Part shown: positions 40,217 to 50,940 of the stretch, in pieces
Numbering within the stretch: the first letter of the stretch is position 1
Layout of the letters: each line of letters begins with the position of its first letter
Assembly: GCA_963787835.1 (NCBI GenBank)
Contig: CAWBEI010000002.1
Location: 256,001-320,000 of the forward strand
Direction of reading: 5' to 3'
DNA length: 64,000 bases
From: Ignavibacteriota bacterium
GTDB taxonomy: Bacteria; Bacteroidota; Ignavibacteria; Palsa-1295
Notes under the pieces: generated by a model
The model's input: the letters and a program-made list of their open reading frames with translations, nothing else
The model's database searches: none
Told to the model about the DNA's origin: nothing
Made by a program: the position numbers and the translations under genes

Positions 40217-41344
40217 TTATTGGAAGGTAGCGCTGATCGAAATTTGATGGATTCCGCCAAGATTCTTCGTGGTATTAAAAGAATAGTCGATGATGCCGGA
40301 AAAATCTTCACTCTTATAGTGAAAACCTGCACCGATTCCAAAGCCAAGCTCGTCCTGATTGAATGCATACCCTGCACGGAGCGAAGCCAGATCATTCCAT
40401 ACATATTCCGCGCCAAGATTATACTGTTCCGGTCCATCGGAATGCGTAGAAAAATCGAAGTCCATATTTAGCTTTTGGTTCTCGACCGTTCCTTGCAGGA
40501 GATCGGTAGCGGCACCGATGCGAAAAATAAGTGGGAGCTGATAGTTTCCGGTATTCAACGAACCCGAAAGCGAATCGCGTACGGCATTGATGTTTCCATT
40601 ATTCGCGATAAAATCCAAGCTGTTGCCAGAGAAATTTCGATCGGGTCCGAGATTTGCAAGATCCATCGAGATCCGTGTATGGTAGAAATCGGTTCGGTAT
40701 TCCGATCCTGCGTCAAAGGCAAATCCACTGGCGCTCATGTCGAGTATGGAGCTTTGCAAATATTTTGCAGTGGCGCCAAAGGAGAAGCGGTCGGTCAGCG
40801 CGCCAGCGATCGTCGCTGCGAACGAAAGATCGTTCGCATTATAATTACCGGCATTTGCAGGCTGCTGGATCGTGGACTGAGCAATGTTACCGTAATCGAC
40901 AAGGGTAAGCGCAAAACCTGCACGGTATTTATCGCTGACGGGAATCGTTACGCCGATAAAATTCTCGGTCACATTACCAAACCAGAGCATTGTGGATGCT
41001 CCGACATTAATGCCTGGAAGGCTTGCAATTCCAGCAGGGTTCCAATAGAGCGAGTAAATATCGTCGGTAAGCGCACTATAAGCGCCGGCCATACCGGAGG
41101 CACGCGCGCCGACCCACAGTTTTGTGAACACAGAACCCGACGAACCCACATTCGTAAAATTCGCACCCGTCGTGCCCTGCGTAACACCGCCTGTTTGCCC
41201 GAACGCATTATGGATCGATACCGAGCACAAAAGCGCAACTGCGATCGCAAGCACTCGCGATCCACGCTTGAATGGGACGTGTCCATGCTGGCTTAGACTC
41301 TTCCGAATCGGGTACTCATTCATCATTTCTATGGTCGATTTCAC
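40217..41344 (-). CDS. PorV/PorQ-family outer-membrane beta-barrel (T9SS shuttle-like); start may be ATG 41326/41323
   Basis: FTKLWVGARASGMAGAY...YWNPAG, FDAG, LPLIFRIG, LRAGY, terminal HQISISATFQ. Confidence 0.88.
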   Translation of the reverse strand: MKSTIEMMNEYPIRKSLSQHGHVPFKRGSRVLAIAVALLCSVSIHNAFGQTGGVTQGTTGANFTNVGSSGSVFTKLWVGARASGMAGAYSALTDDIYSLYWNPAGIASLPGINVGASTMLWFGNVTENFIGVTIPVSDKYRAGFALTLVDYGNIAQSTIQQPANAGNYNANDLSFAATIAGALTDRFSFGATAKYLQSSILDMSASGFAFDAGSEYRTDFYHTRISMDLANLGPDRNFSGNSLDFIANNGNINAVRDSLSGSLNTGNYQLPLIFRIGAATDLLQGTVENQKLNMDFDFSTHSDGPEQYNLGAEYVWNDLASLRAGYAFNQDELGFGIGAGFHYKSEDFSGIIDYSFNTTKNLGGIHQISISATFQ

Positions 41345-41370
41345 TCTGTTAAAATTGATCTATTATTTCG

Positions 41371-44300
41371 TTACTTAGAAAGCCCAACAACCACGGCGAA
41401 TTTGGTCGTAACCTCGCCAATTTCGGCACCGGAGATCGGGTCCTTCGCAACGACACGCGCAAAGAGTACCTGGCTGCCCACGCGCTGCTGGCCACTCGTC
41501 AAAAGATTCCACGTCTCGACGGAGGACTGATTACTGAGCTGACTGTAATTATAGACCGTCTGGGTAACCGTTGGATTTAAAGGGTTTGGAATTATGGTTG
41601 AATCCACGTAGCCAATATGCTCGATCGTATTGATAAGGGTACCATCGAGTGCGTAGATCTGAATGGTGCAGCGCGGTGGTAATCGCGTAAAGAATAGCTT
41701 GGCGTTGTCGGTGGAGGTCTGGCCCAAATGGGTCACGATATATGGGTTCGGAACGACCTGGACTTGAGCCAATATGGAATCCACATAGTTATTCGCATTA
41801 GCAAAATTTACGCCTGGGCCATTATCGGTCTTGATCGTAAATTTAGCACCAGGGAACGGGAGGTTCTTCATGACGCCTGTGAACGATAACGTCACTTTAT
41901 CCCCATTCATAAAATCGTTCATGTGGGGATTGATATGACCGGGAACTGAACCTGCGATCGAATCACCGGTCTCATTGATTGACTGATCGGAAATTTCCGG
42001 GGCATTAAAAATGATCTCTGCGCCACCGACGCTGAGTTTATGCACGACAAGATGATATGGAGACAATGCACCGTTATCCGTATTGCCGGGTAAGCCAATT
42101 GGATAATAGTACGGTCCAACGGTTGCACCGGTTGAGGATGGGCCTTGACCGTCGAATGCAGCGCCCGTGTGTGGTTGATCGAACGCGGCGGCATCGGTAT
42201 AATGAAATGCCGACATTTCATACCAACCGGGATTCGGAACCCACATTTCGTCGGGGTCATTAAAGAATAGCGTTCCGGTCGTCGGGTTTATACTTTGGTT
42301 GCTATAAAATTGTGCGGAGAGTTCCGTAGTCATATTATCCGTGCTGTCCGTGTGTGAAATAGACACTGGGCGCAAGACGGATTGCGGACATCCGGCGATC
42401 GAGACCGTGATAGGTAATACAGCGGGATGGATCGTGTCTCCACTTAGGAGACCTATCGCTACAGGCCCTGGATTGATCTCCTGTCCAAAATCTACCTCAT
42501 ACGACGTCTGACCTAACGATCCAAGGAACGAGGGCCGTGTGCTTTGAGCAGTATAGTTATACACTGCTGAGGCTGAGTAGGTCGTTGAAGTCGTATCGGG
42601 GGTAGGCGGGGTAGTCGTACTGTCAAAAGTTACGCTTACTTTTGTAACTTTATTCAGCGTATAGACCGTATCGTTGGATGTTCCCGGCTGTATTCGGGTG
42701 ATCGTTTGACCAAGCGTGATCGGAGAGCCAGGAAGCGTGATCGAACTTGTGGTCAAGAAAACCGGTGGGCGGGGCGCCGAGTCTCCCGGTAAATTGAAAA
42801 TATTTTGATTTGTATCGTTTGAGCTCCCATAGTTTGTACGCCGTGAAAGTCTCAGGATATTCTGATCGAGGCTGGGGTTGCTCGGTCCCGGCGTGACGAC
42901 GACGGAACTGAGCCGGTAAAGCCCACTTAATTGCTCGAGATTGACATCCGCCAGCACGGTAAACGCCTGATCGATCGTTTGGTTAGGAGCGAACGCAGAA
43001 TTATCCGTCGTGAACTGCGCCGCGAACACGGAGTCCGGCGCGATCGTACCATCAACATGATACACGATGGTTCCCGGCAGGCTGACCGGGAAAGAATAGG
43101 CGATCGTATTATTGGCAGGTACCTGAAGATTCTGGTAGGTATTTTGGATACCGTTCTTATTATCCGTCACATCAACATACATGATAAGAGGGCTCTGATT
43201 GACGGCTATGTACTCCGTCCATCGAGGCTGGAAGCTCACGTTGATCGTATCGTTCGTGAACAGCTTCGCGAAAATACCTGTATCGGCAATATCAAGCCGT
43301 ACATCCTGTACGCCGCCAAAACTGGAGCCGATCTTTCCGGTGCCTGCAAGGCAGTTCCCAGAGATACCCGTTGCCGTATCGGCAGTAAAGGGAGCAAGAA
43401 ATACAGGCTTGTTTGGTATTCCTGTGACAAAATTTTGCGGCGAAACAATCGCCGTGTACAGCGGGCCTATCTGATTAGTAGAGTCATACTCGTCATACGC
43501 GAGGAGATAGTAATAGTATGTTACATTATCATACAATCCTTCCGTGCCCGTGAGGATGCCGTCATGGTTGTCGTCACCGACATCGAGATAGGAATGCGGG
43601 ATCGGATTTGGCACATTGCTCGTGCGAGTATAATGGAAATGATTGAAATGTCCTTTTGAATCAAAGACCGAATCTGTTGTGAAATTATAAAGCTGCCACT
43701 GACCGATCATCACATCCGGGTTGACGCCATCCGGACGGATGGTGCTGTCATGGTCCGAACGGGTGGTTCTCCACAATTGGTATCCGAGGAAGTCAAGCGT
43801 GGCTTTCGTCCGGAATGACGAGTCATAGCTTAATAGGTCACTCACGGGATCGGTACTGTGCTCCGCAGCGCTATCCCAGGTTACGAGCACTGCCTGGTCC
43901 AGCGCGGTAGTCGTGACGGTTGGAAGAAATGGAGGTCTTGGCGAAAGAAAATGATTAACATAATAGCTTTGGGTTGAATCCGGAAGTTTTGTTGAATCAA
44001 CCTCACCAAACACCTGGTGGGCAAAATCCATCAGAAGCAGCAACGCACCGAAATTTTTCTTATAGTCGCTATTATCGACCTGTGCAATTCCGATGCCCAC
44101 CACGGTTTCCACCGATTTACCTGGAGGCAATGTGAACGGGCCGGTTGACATCAGGAGACGCTGATCCTGATAAACCCCATTGAAAAGATCTTTCTCTCCG
44201 GAGGAGACAAAATTGTATCGAAGATCTTCCGTTGATGGATCATTGAGAATGATCCAGTCGCGGAATGTGGCTAAACCAAGCTGATTTTTCTGAAAAAGAC

Positions 44301-45549
44301 TATTGGGTCCATAACCATTGAGATGAACGCTATCGCTGTTCGGAATAATGTTCCCAGCAGAATCAATAACCGGACTTTCGAGGAAGCTGAAGCCGATCCA
44401 ACCGAACTGCTGACCATTCGGGGGCTGGTTATAATTTCGCCATTGCACACCCATATTAAGTTTGGTTGCATCCGACCGGTACGGCTCACGCAATTCGGAA
44501 ACATCGGTCGGGTCGGCGTCTGTTTTGACCAAACTATCGGTGACATAGCTATTGCCATCGTTAGCAGCCCCACCAACGGCAGCGTCAAGATCGGGATCGA
44601 ATGCGGGAGCCATCCAGCAATTGAGCAAGGAGTCTCCGGAGGAGTTGGTCACCTTATGCCGCAGGAAGATCATGTCACGATAGCGCCCAAAGCTCCAGGA
44701 ATAGATCTCCTCTTGAATATCGATACCGAACGGATACCCCGTGCCGGGACGATACTCGGGATTATTGGATGGATCCTCATCGCTGTAAAAGTTGAGGATG
44801 TCTTCTTCGGATGTGATAGCAGGCACAGGATTTGGCTTACTGCCTGCAGCAATAAGCTTAGTCGGGTTGCGCATGGTAACATCCGAAATGTAGTCGCCAA
44901 AGTAAAAATTATGATTGAGGGTCTTCGCATTGGCAGTATCCCACAAAGGCCACGAATAGTACGGGCTGGGCACGACGCTTGAAGAGCCATTGATATAGTT
45001 TCCTGTACTTTTGTCGTATCGCGGGCCGACGTATGAAATGTATTTAGCAGCAGGAATCGCACCGTCCGTGCCGGTTGGAAGGCCTACCTGACTGGCCTCG
45101 CCTTCTAAATACCACCCAGCGCCAGAATTAGGATTATACCCAAGCTCGCAGAGCTTATGCCGTTTTCCCTGAATTTCTTTTTGAGTAGCGAACCAAAGTC
45201 CTTCTCCAAAAATGTAGCTGTCGCCAGAGCCACGAGGCCAAAAGCATCCTTCGTTCTCGCCCTGACCTGCATTAAAAAGTACGCCTCGATTTGTATAAAA
45301 AAATTCAAGATTGCTATAAACATTGATCTGACGCAAGAACGACTCCGTCTGCATGCTTGGCTGCTTGCTCTTCGATACCGGGCGAGCGCCTGCACCCCGT
45401 GTCATCATCATGGTCAAGGTAATGATGGCCATGAAACAGAACATTGAAAATGCTGATGTGCGGAAGCGGGAGATTCCCGTTAGGGGCGGCTTAGCCATGC
45501 GTTGACGGCCGTTTAACCCCGATGAAATTAATGCGATCATACTGTTCAT
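41371..45549 (-). CDS. Large secreted protein, 1392 aa, with variant T9SS-like C-terminal domain
   Basis: WPRGSG..YIF, GPFTLPPG, FLGYQLWR, YYYYLLAYD (FN3-like); C-terminal VVPNPY...FTRLPPRCTIQIYALDGTLINTI...WNL...KFAVV. Confidence 0.82.
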   Translation of the reverse strand: MNSMIALISSGLNGRQRMAKPPLTGISRFRTSAFSMFCFMAIITLTMMMTRGAGARPVSKSKQPSMQTESFLRQINVYSNLEFFYTNRGVLFNAGQGENEGCFWPRGSGDSYIFGEGLWFATQKEIQGKRHKLCELGYNPNSGAGWYLEGEASQVGLPTGTDGAIPAAKYISYVGPRYDKSTGNYINGSSSVVPSPYYSWPLWDTANAKTLNHNFYFGDYISDVTMRNPTKLIAAGSKPNPVPAITSEEDILNFYSDEDPSNNPEYRPGTGYPFGIDIQEEIYSWSFGRYRDMIFLRHKVTNSSGDSLLNCWMAPAFDPDLDAAVGGAANDGNSYVTDSLVKTDADPTDVSELREPYRSDATKLNMGVQWRNYNQPPNGQQFGWIGFSFLESPVIDSAGNIIPNSDSVHLNGYGPNSLFQKNQLGLATFRDWIILNDPSTEDLRYNFVSSGEKDLFNGVYQDQRLLMSTGPFTLPPGKSVETVVGIGIAQVDNSDYKKNFGALLLLMDFAHQVFGEVDSTKLPDSTQSYYVNHFLSPRPPFLPTVTTTALDQAVLVTWDSAAEHSTDPVSDLLSYDSSFRTKATLDFLGYQLWRTTRSDHDSTIRPDGVNPDVMIGQWQLYNFTTDSVFDSKGHFNHFHYTRTSNVPNPIPHSYLDVGDDNHDGILTGTEGLYDNVTYYYYLLAYDEYDSTNQIGPLYTAIVSPQNFVTGIPNKPVFLAPFTADTATGISGNCLAGTGKIGSSFGGVQDVRLDIADTGIFAKLFTNDTINVSFQPRWTEYIAVNQSPLIMYVDVTDNKNGIQNTYQNLQVPANNTIAYSFPVSLPGTIVYHVDGTIAPDSVFAAQFTTDNSAFAPNQTIDQAFTVLADVNLEQLSGLYRLSSVVVTPGPSNPSLDQNILRLSRRTNYGSSNDTNQNIFNLPGDSAPRPPVFLTTSSITLPGSPITLGQTITRIQPGTSNDTVYTLNKVTKVSVTFDSTTTPPTPDTTSTTYSASAVYNYTAQSTRPSFLGSLGQTSYEVDFGQEINPGPVAIGLLSGDTIHPAVLPITVSIAGCPQSVLRPVSISHTDSTDNMTTELSAQFYSNQSINPTTGTLFFNDPDEMWVPNPGWYEMSAFHYTDAAAFDQPHTGAAFDGQGPSSTGATVGPYYYPIGLPGNTDNGALSPYHLVVHKLSVGGAEIIFNAPEISDQSINETGDSIAGSVPGHINPHMNDFMNGDKVTLSFTGVMKNLPFPGAKFTIKTDNGPGVNFANANNYVDSILAQVQVVPNPYIVTHLGQTSTDNAKLFFTRLPPRCTIQIYALDGTLINTIEHIGYVDSTIIPNPLNPTVTQTVYNYSQLSNQSSVETWNLLTSGQQRVGSQVLFARVVAKDPISGAEIGEVTTKFAVVVGLSK

Positions 45550-45587
45550 TCTACTAAAAAATTATTACCGAGAAGAGCGCCGAAGAA

Positions 45588-48500
45588 TTAGAAACGGAGC
45601 GTGAAGTTCAAATAGACGCGCCGAGGAATCTGATAATTCGTTTCGCGTGCGTAGTTATCGTTGATATATTGTGTATAGGCAACCTGCTGCTCTGCCGCGC
45701 TGACACGTCCATCGTGATTCAGATCAAGGCGTGGGTTGTAATACAGATTGCCGAGTGCATCGATCTGGCCACCGCGGCTGTTGGTCGGATCGTTATAATA
45801 ATCTTGCGTAGCACCAAGCAGGTTCGTCTGGCCATTGTTATTTCCCTGGCCAGTCGTTGCATAGACGTACAGTGGCGTTACGCGATTAAACACGTTTGTC
45901 ACCTCCAACTGAATATCGAGGAATAACTTACTCACCCCTGTGCCAAAAAGATCCGAGAGCGGGATCGTGCGAGTCAGCGAGGCATCGGTCTGGAAATAAT
46001 CTGGCTCGCGGTCGCCGTTGGTCGGCCCCACTTGAGCACCCTTTAGATTAAGCGCTGTGTAGGGCGTACCGGTTTCATACAGAGTGGTGGTTTGTAACGA
46101 GAACCATTGCAGCAATTTCTGTCCAAAGATTGTGGGACCTTCGTTTCGATTGTAACTAAGATCGAAAAGGAAATTTGCGACATTGGTCCGGTCATAGCTG
46201 AATGGGAACGGAGTTAGCGGAAGAACAGCTTGTGGCGAATTCGGATCCTGATTGATAAGCGCTGCATAATTCTCGGTAGCTGAGGAGGATGTGCCGCTCG
46301 CTGCCCCGTAGGTGTAATTCAGCTTCATCGAATAATTGTCTGACATCCTCTTTTCCGCGACAAGCTCGATCGAGCGGTCGCTGCCATATTGATCGCTGGA
46401 ATAGATCGTGTAACCAATCGGTAGGAGCGGACTGGAAATTTGTTCCAGACCGTCCTGATTGCGAAGGTCCTTAAAAACTCCCGTAATGCTAAATCCAAAA
46501 ATATCAGAAAGCTGCGTGTGGAATCCAACATCGACCTCCTTGGTCTGATCAGCCTGAAGGTTGGCATTACCAAGGATCTGGTTTCCACGCTGTAATACTT
46601 GCGTCAGTTCCGCGAGATTTCCGCCGGCGGTGTTTGTCAGTACATCGTTGAGGTTCGGCTGTTTAAAGTACCAATTGTATCCAAAGTTGAACGTCGTCTG
46701 GTCCGTAACAGCATACGTGATCGCCAATCGTGGAGAAACCTGTGACTGAAGCTTCGTAGGAGAGAGGGCGGAACCGAGGGGATTATAAAGATCCGCTATG
46801 GCGCTTGCATCCGGTTGGTACAAATCATACCGGATACCGGGTGCGAACGTAATATCGCTAAACTCCATTTTGTCGGTGAAGTACACTGCCCCAGTATAGG
46901 GATGGACAAGGAACGAGTCTTTGAATGGATTAGCATCCCAGGGAAGGTCGTTCTCGTATTTATAGACGGACATGATATTTCCTTCGAAGCCAGCATTCAG
47001 GAAGTGGGAACCTATCTGAACGGAATAATTACCGCTGAACTGGGCCTGACCGGTATTTTCTGTTACAAACCCCCCTGAATTTCCTGCAACCGCAAAAAGC
47101 CCCACGATACCATAGGCGTTTGCACTCGATTGTGTAATAACAGGCCCTTCGATATGTCCTGTAAACGGGTTCAGCCCGGGAACCTGCGAGGAATAGGGCT
47201 GCGTAGGGTTAGCGGGGTCAGGAATCTGTTTGCTGACAGGTGTATAAATATCAATGATACCATCCGGTCCGGGAGTAATAGTATTATCGATCGAATTGTA
47301 GGTATATTTGTCAGCCGTTGACAAAAATTGCGGCTCATGCAACGCATCGACGGGCTGCGATTGATCGTAAAGTCCAGATTGAATATCGTACTCCGAATAC
47401 GCACCCGTGAGTTCGAGCACACCATCACCGATCTGTCCTCGAGCAGTAAGAGAATAGACATCGTTCGTATATTCGGTAGCTGGAATATAATAAGAGGGTT
47501 CATACAATGTGCTCCACCCATTATCAAGATCGCTTTCTGTATTGAGCGCGGCGTTCGCCTGAACGGAAAATCCGAACGCATCGAAGGAGAGCTTTCCTGT
47601 CGCAGTACGTCGATATCGTTCGGTTAGAGGCATTTCCCCGAGATTATTTCCAAGGGGATCGATCACACCCAATCCATCGTCCTGGAACGAAGGGTTGTCG
47701 AACACATTATAGTGATCGAAAGAATTGAGTCTTGCAGTAAGATAGAACTTTACGGATTGATCGAAGAGAGGACCACCGAGAGCGAACTCATCAATTTGAT
47801 CGCCGGAAGGCATTAGCTTGATTCCGTTATCCGCGGAGCCAAACAACGAGGGAACCTCGGTTCGAAAGTGAGCATTGAATGAAAGATCTGTTCCTCCTGC
47901 TCGTGTTTGCGTATTAATTGCACCACCGGTGAAGCCACCCTTTGAGGCATCAGCAGAACCTGTAACGATATCCACCTCCGAGATCGCCAAGCGAGACAGG
48001 CCATATTGAAGGGAACTCGCTTGACCGGTGAGTGGATCGGTGATCTGAACCCCATTCAGCATGATCGAATTATCCGACCCTCTGCTGCCATGGAAGCTGA
48101 CGCCTCCATTGGAATTGTCCTGCACCGCGCCGGGTGTAAGCAAAATCACCTCGTCAACTCGTTGACGTCCCGGCATCTGGGTAAGTTCGGTCGTTTCGAA
48201 CTTGGTCGAGATATCGGTTTTGGTCTTTTCCACGATCGGCGCCTGCGCGGTGACGATAACGGTCTGTTCTTTGGTTCCAAGCTTGTACGTCAGCGATGTG
48301 GTAATGTCAGAGTTTACCTTGACATGGTAAAGCGTGTCTGGAAGATAACCCGCATACTTTGCGACCACGGTATAGTTCTCATCCGGAGGCACACCGATGA
48401 TCGTCGCCACACCATTGTCTTTCGAAAGGGCACCCATCCTGTTCTGAAGGATCTGCACCACCGCATGCGTCAGTGGTTCACCAGATTTTGCATCGAGAAT

Positions 48501-48656
48501 TTTGGCACTGATCTTTCCATACTGCGCGTGAGCGCCGATGGCGCCCACAGTCATCGCGGCAAGCACGAATAGGAAGCTCCGAACAAGGAACATACTGCTC
48601 CGAAGAAGCCGGAACGCAGGACTCTCACCAAACCAATTTCGTTTCATTTCTCTCAT
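45588..48656 (-). CDS. TonB-dependent receptor with N-terminal carboxypeptidase-regulatory-like domain (start uncertain)
   Basis: GKISAKILDAKSGEPL, plug LTPG...HGSRG...NGV, GIRYD, SPRLAI, terminal PRRVYLNFTLRF. Confidence 0.9.
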   Translation of the reverse strand: MREMKRNWFGESPAFRLLRSSMFLVRSFLFVLAAMTVGAIGAHAQYGKISAKILDAKSGEPLTHAVVQILQNRMGALSKDNGVATIIGVPPDENYTVVAKYAGYLPDTLYHVKVNSDITTSLTYKLGTKEQTVIVTAQAPIVEKTKTDISTKFETTELTQMPGRQRVDEVILLTPGAVQDNSNGGVSFHGSRGSDNSIMLNGVQITDPLTGQASSLQYGLSRLAISEVDIVTGSADASKGGFTGGAINTQTRAGGTDLSFNAHFRTEVPSLFGSADNGIKLMPSGDQIDEFALGGPLFDQSVKFYLTARLNSFDHYNVFDNPSFQDDGLGVIDPLGNNLGEMPLTERYRRTATGKLSFDAFGFSVQANAALNTESDLDNGWSTLYEPSYYIPATEYTNDVYSLTARGQIGDGVLELTGAYSEYDIQSGLYDQSQPVDALHEPQFLSTADKYTYNSIDNTITPGPDGIIDIYTPVSKQIPDPANPTQPYSSQVPGLNPFTGHIEGPVITQSSANAYGIVGLFAVAGNSGGFVTENTGQAQFSGNYSVQIGSHFLNAGFEGNIMSVYKYENDLPWDANPFKDSFLVHPYTGAVYFTDKMEFSDITFAPGIRYDLYQPDASAIADLYNPLGSALSPTKLQSQVSPRLAITYAVTDQTTFNFGYNWYFKQPNLNDVLTNTAGGNLAELTQVLQRGNQILGNANLQADQTKEVDVGFHTQLSDIFGFSITGVFKDLRNQDGLEQISSPLLPIGYTIYSSDQYGSDRSIELVAEKRMSDNYSMKLNYTYGAASGTSSSATENYAALINQDPNSPQAVLPLTPFPFSYDRTNVANFLFDLSYNRNEGPTIFGQKLLQWFSLQTTTLYETGTPYTALNLKGAQVGPTNGDREPDYFQTDASLTRTIPLSDLFGTGVSKLFLDIQLEVTNVFNRVTPLYVYATTGQGNNNGQTNLLGATQDYYNDPTNSRGGQIDALGNLYYNPRLDLNHDGRVSAAEQQVAYTQYINDNYARETNYQIPRRVYLNFTLRF

Positions 48657-48804
48657 TCGAAAAACGCTCTTGCTCTGAAGCGAACCTACCGCGTTCGTTT
48701 GATTACGAACGGTTCGCTCTGGTGCAAGAACACATGAAGGGATTTTAAGTAGCGGAAAGCTCAAAAATTAATATGCAGATGGGGATGGAACAGCGGGATC
48801 GATA

Positions 48805-48830
48805 GGGCTCTCGCTAGAGAGCAAGAGCCC
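48805..48830. terminator. Intergenic hairpin
   Basis: GGGCTCTCGCT / AGCAAGAGCCC imperfect stem just downstream of the stop at 48843; no clear U-tract. Confidence 0.4.
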
Positions 48831-48842
48831 GTCTATAAATAT

Positions 48843-50807
48843 TTACCGAAGCAGCGACATGCTACCGGAAATACTCACCCCGTCCGCCTGCAACGTGTAG
48901 CGATACACTCCATTGGGAAGATCCCCGGCATTCAACGTCGAAGAATGTTCCCCGGCGCCGAGCCGTCCATCGACAAGCGTTGCCACGGTGCGTCCAAGCA
49001 CGTCGGTCACGGTCAAGAGAACATTCGATTCATTCGGAAGCGTAAATTGGATCGTCGTAGCAGAAGCGAAGGGATTCGGATAGCTCGAAATAACTTGTAG
49101 GGACGCCTGCCCACCATTGTTCGATACGCCCAACGTGCCCGTCACCGTAGCAACAGCGTGTCCATACCCAATAACATCAAAACCAGGCTGGCCGACACTA
49201 TCCACTTCTCCAGCAGCCGTATCGATGGAAATCGCGGTGTGATACGTTGCCTCCGATGCGGTAAAAGGATTGAATGAAGATGTTTGTGGATACCGGAAAT
49301 CGAATTTCTGTGATGCGGTTGGATCATTGACCATAAATGGTTGTGGATCCGTCCACGTATTTCCACCATCGGTGGTCGCAGAATAGAAGATGCTGCCATA
49401 AGCGAACGTGACCGACCCAGTATCGTCTGTGAACACTTCCGTGTCCCCCTCAATGTGTGTTTGGAAAAACACCGCAAAATGAGTCGTATCACCAGTCGTG
49501 GCTACAGTCGGGTAGCAAATAGGAAGTTCTTGCAAATTAACCACATTGCTGCTAAGATCAAGAATGTTTGGAACTGCGCCAGTCCCCGTCCCAGCATTTA
49601 AAGCGGCATTCGCAACCATGATTGAATCACCCTCATTAGGGTCTGGGACATAATAAATAGATGTGCTATATGGGAAATAAAGCCCCCCACCGGCATCGTC
49701 GAAATCGCCGACATAAATGAAATGCGGTACATCGCCAACATACCAAAAATCGAGAGAACCCGATGGAGTCCATGAATACGTGTTGCCCGAGTTATCGTTT
49801 ACGGTCCGGCTGGTGAATGAAGCACCTTCTAGGATATAGGGTATGGTCGAAGACCAGTTGTTGCCACCGTCAGTCGATTCAGAAAAGTAGATCGACCCAT
49901 CCGAGGATTGGGTATTTTCCCACATCACGCCGATATGACCGGATTTAGAAACTTCGATGCGGTATGCGCCACCGGATGTAATGCCAGCAGCACCATTGTT
50001 TGCATCGGTGCTTCCGGGTTCAGCAGTCCAACCCTGAAACACTGCGGTGTCGGCGCTCAAATTCCAGACACCGAACTGAAGCTGATCTTCAGCACCACCA
50101 GAGGTTGCAGGAGAAACCGATGCGATCATATACACAGACTTGCCATCCGGACTGACAGCAATGCAAGGCCAGATGATCAGGGAGATGCTGCCTTCCATTG
50201 TAGTGCCGCTTCCTTCACACTGAGCAAAATTTCCGTCGCCTGGGTTTCCTTTTTCGACCCATAATGCAGATTCCGTTTGAGAGCCGGAGCTGTTAAGATA
50301 GTGGTGCGCAGCGATGACCGGAATCCACACCCCTGGGCTGCGCTGAACTAACTGCATGTCAGCATAGCCACTACGATACTGGCTTAAAATGACAGGTGCT
50401 TTCCAGTGCTTGCCGGCATCGCTGCTGAACGTATAAAAACAATGGCGAGTGAGCGAACCGACATCTTTCCCAGAATTGTCGGTTAATCCGGTTATCACCG
50501 CATGAATATTATTCGGATTGGAAGGATCGACTTGAATATTGTGCAACGCCCGTGAGTTGCTTTGCTGCGGCCAGGTACCATTGACCGGTATTGAATCAAC
50601 ACCTGATGGCAGCTTGACCGATTGCGGTAATGGCACAAAAAGATGAGAGCCACTTGGCGCGACGTTGCCTAATCCTCCAGATTCATTTGGAAACGTATGC
50701 TGTGCGGTCTTCCTTATAGCCGTTTGATTTAAAATGGTCTGGCCCTGACAGAGTGACGGAAGTGGAACAAGAAGAATTAATAAAATGAGGCGTATCAAAG
50801 TCTTCAT
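48843..50807 (-). CDS. T9SS-secreted Asp-box (sialidase-like beta-propeller) protein with type A CTD
   Basis: Signal peptide; SSDAGKHW, STDGGNNW, TTDGGNTW; SYPNPF...TDVLGR...NGVYRYTL. Confidence 0.85.
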   Translation of the reverse strand: MKTLIRLILLILLVPLPSLCQGQTILNQTAIRKTAQHTFPNESGGLGNVAPSGSHLFVPLPQSVKLPSGVDSIPVNGTWPQQSNSRALHNIQVDPSNPNNIHAVITGLTDNSGKDVGSLTRHCFYTFSSDAGKHWKAPVILSQYRSGYADMQLVQRSPGVWIPVIAAHHYLNSSGSQTESALWVEKGNPGDGNFAQCEGSGTTMEGSISLIIWPCIAVSPDGKSVYMIASVSPATSGGAEDQLQFGVWNLSADTAVFQGWTAEPGSTDANNGAAGITSGGAYRIEVSKSGHIGVMWENTQSSDGSIYFSESTDGGNNWSSTIPYILEGASFTSRTVNDNSGNTYSWTPSGSLDFWYVGDVPHFIYVGDFDDAGGGLYFPYSTSIYYVPDPNEGDSIMVANAALNAGTGTGAVPNILDLSSNVVNLQELPICYPTVATTGDTTHFAVFFQTHIEGDTEVFTDDTGSVTFAYGSIFYSATTDGGNTWTDPQPFMVNDPTASQKFDFRYPQTSSFNPFTASEATYHTAISIDTAAGEVDSVGQPGFDVIGYGHAVATVTGTLGVSNNGGQASLQVISSYPNPFASATTIQFTLPNESNVLLTVTDVLGRTVATLVDGRLGAGEHSSTLNAGDLPNGVYRYTLQADGVSISGSMSLLR

Positions 50808-50887
50808 AGAAGGTTTTTTCAGATTGGATAATGCTATTTTTGATTATACGTGGCCACGCGACCGTTTCGCTGCCACAACGTATAGCA

Positions 50888-50897
50888 TGCAAAAATA
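50888..50897 (-). promoter_or_regulatory. Possible Bacteroidota-type -7 promoter element (TAnnTTTG)
   Basis: TATTTTTGCA on the minus strand ~80 nt upstream of the ATG at 50807; short motif that could occur by chance. Confidence 0.3.
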
Positions 50898-50940
50898 ACT
50901 CTTTTTTTCGAGCCGTGCGTGAAATTCATAATTTGAGCCT

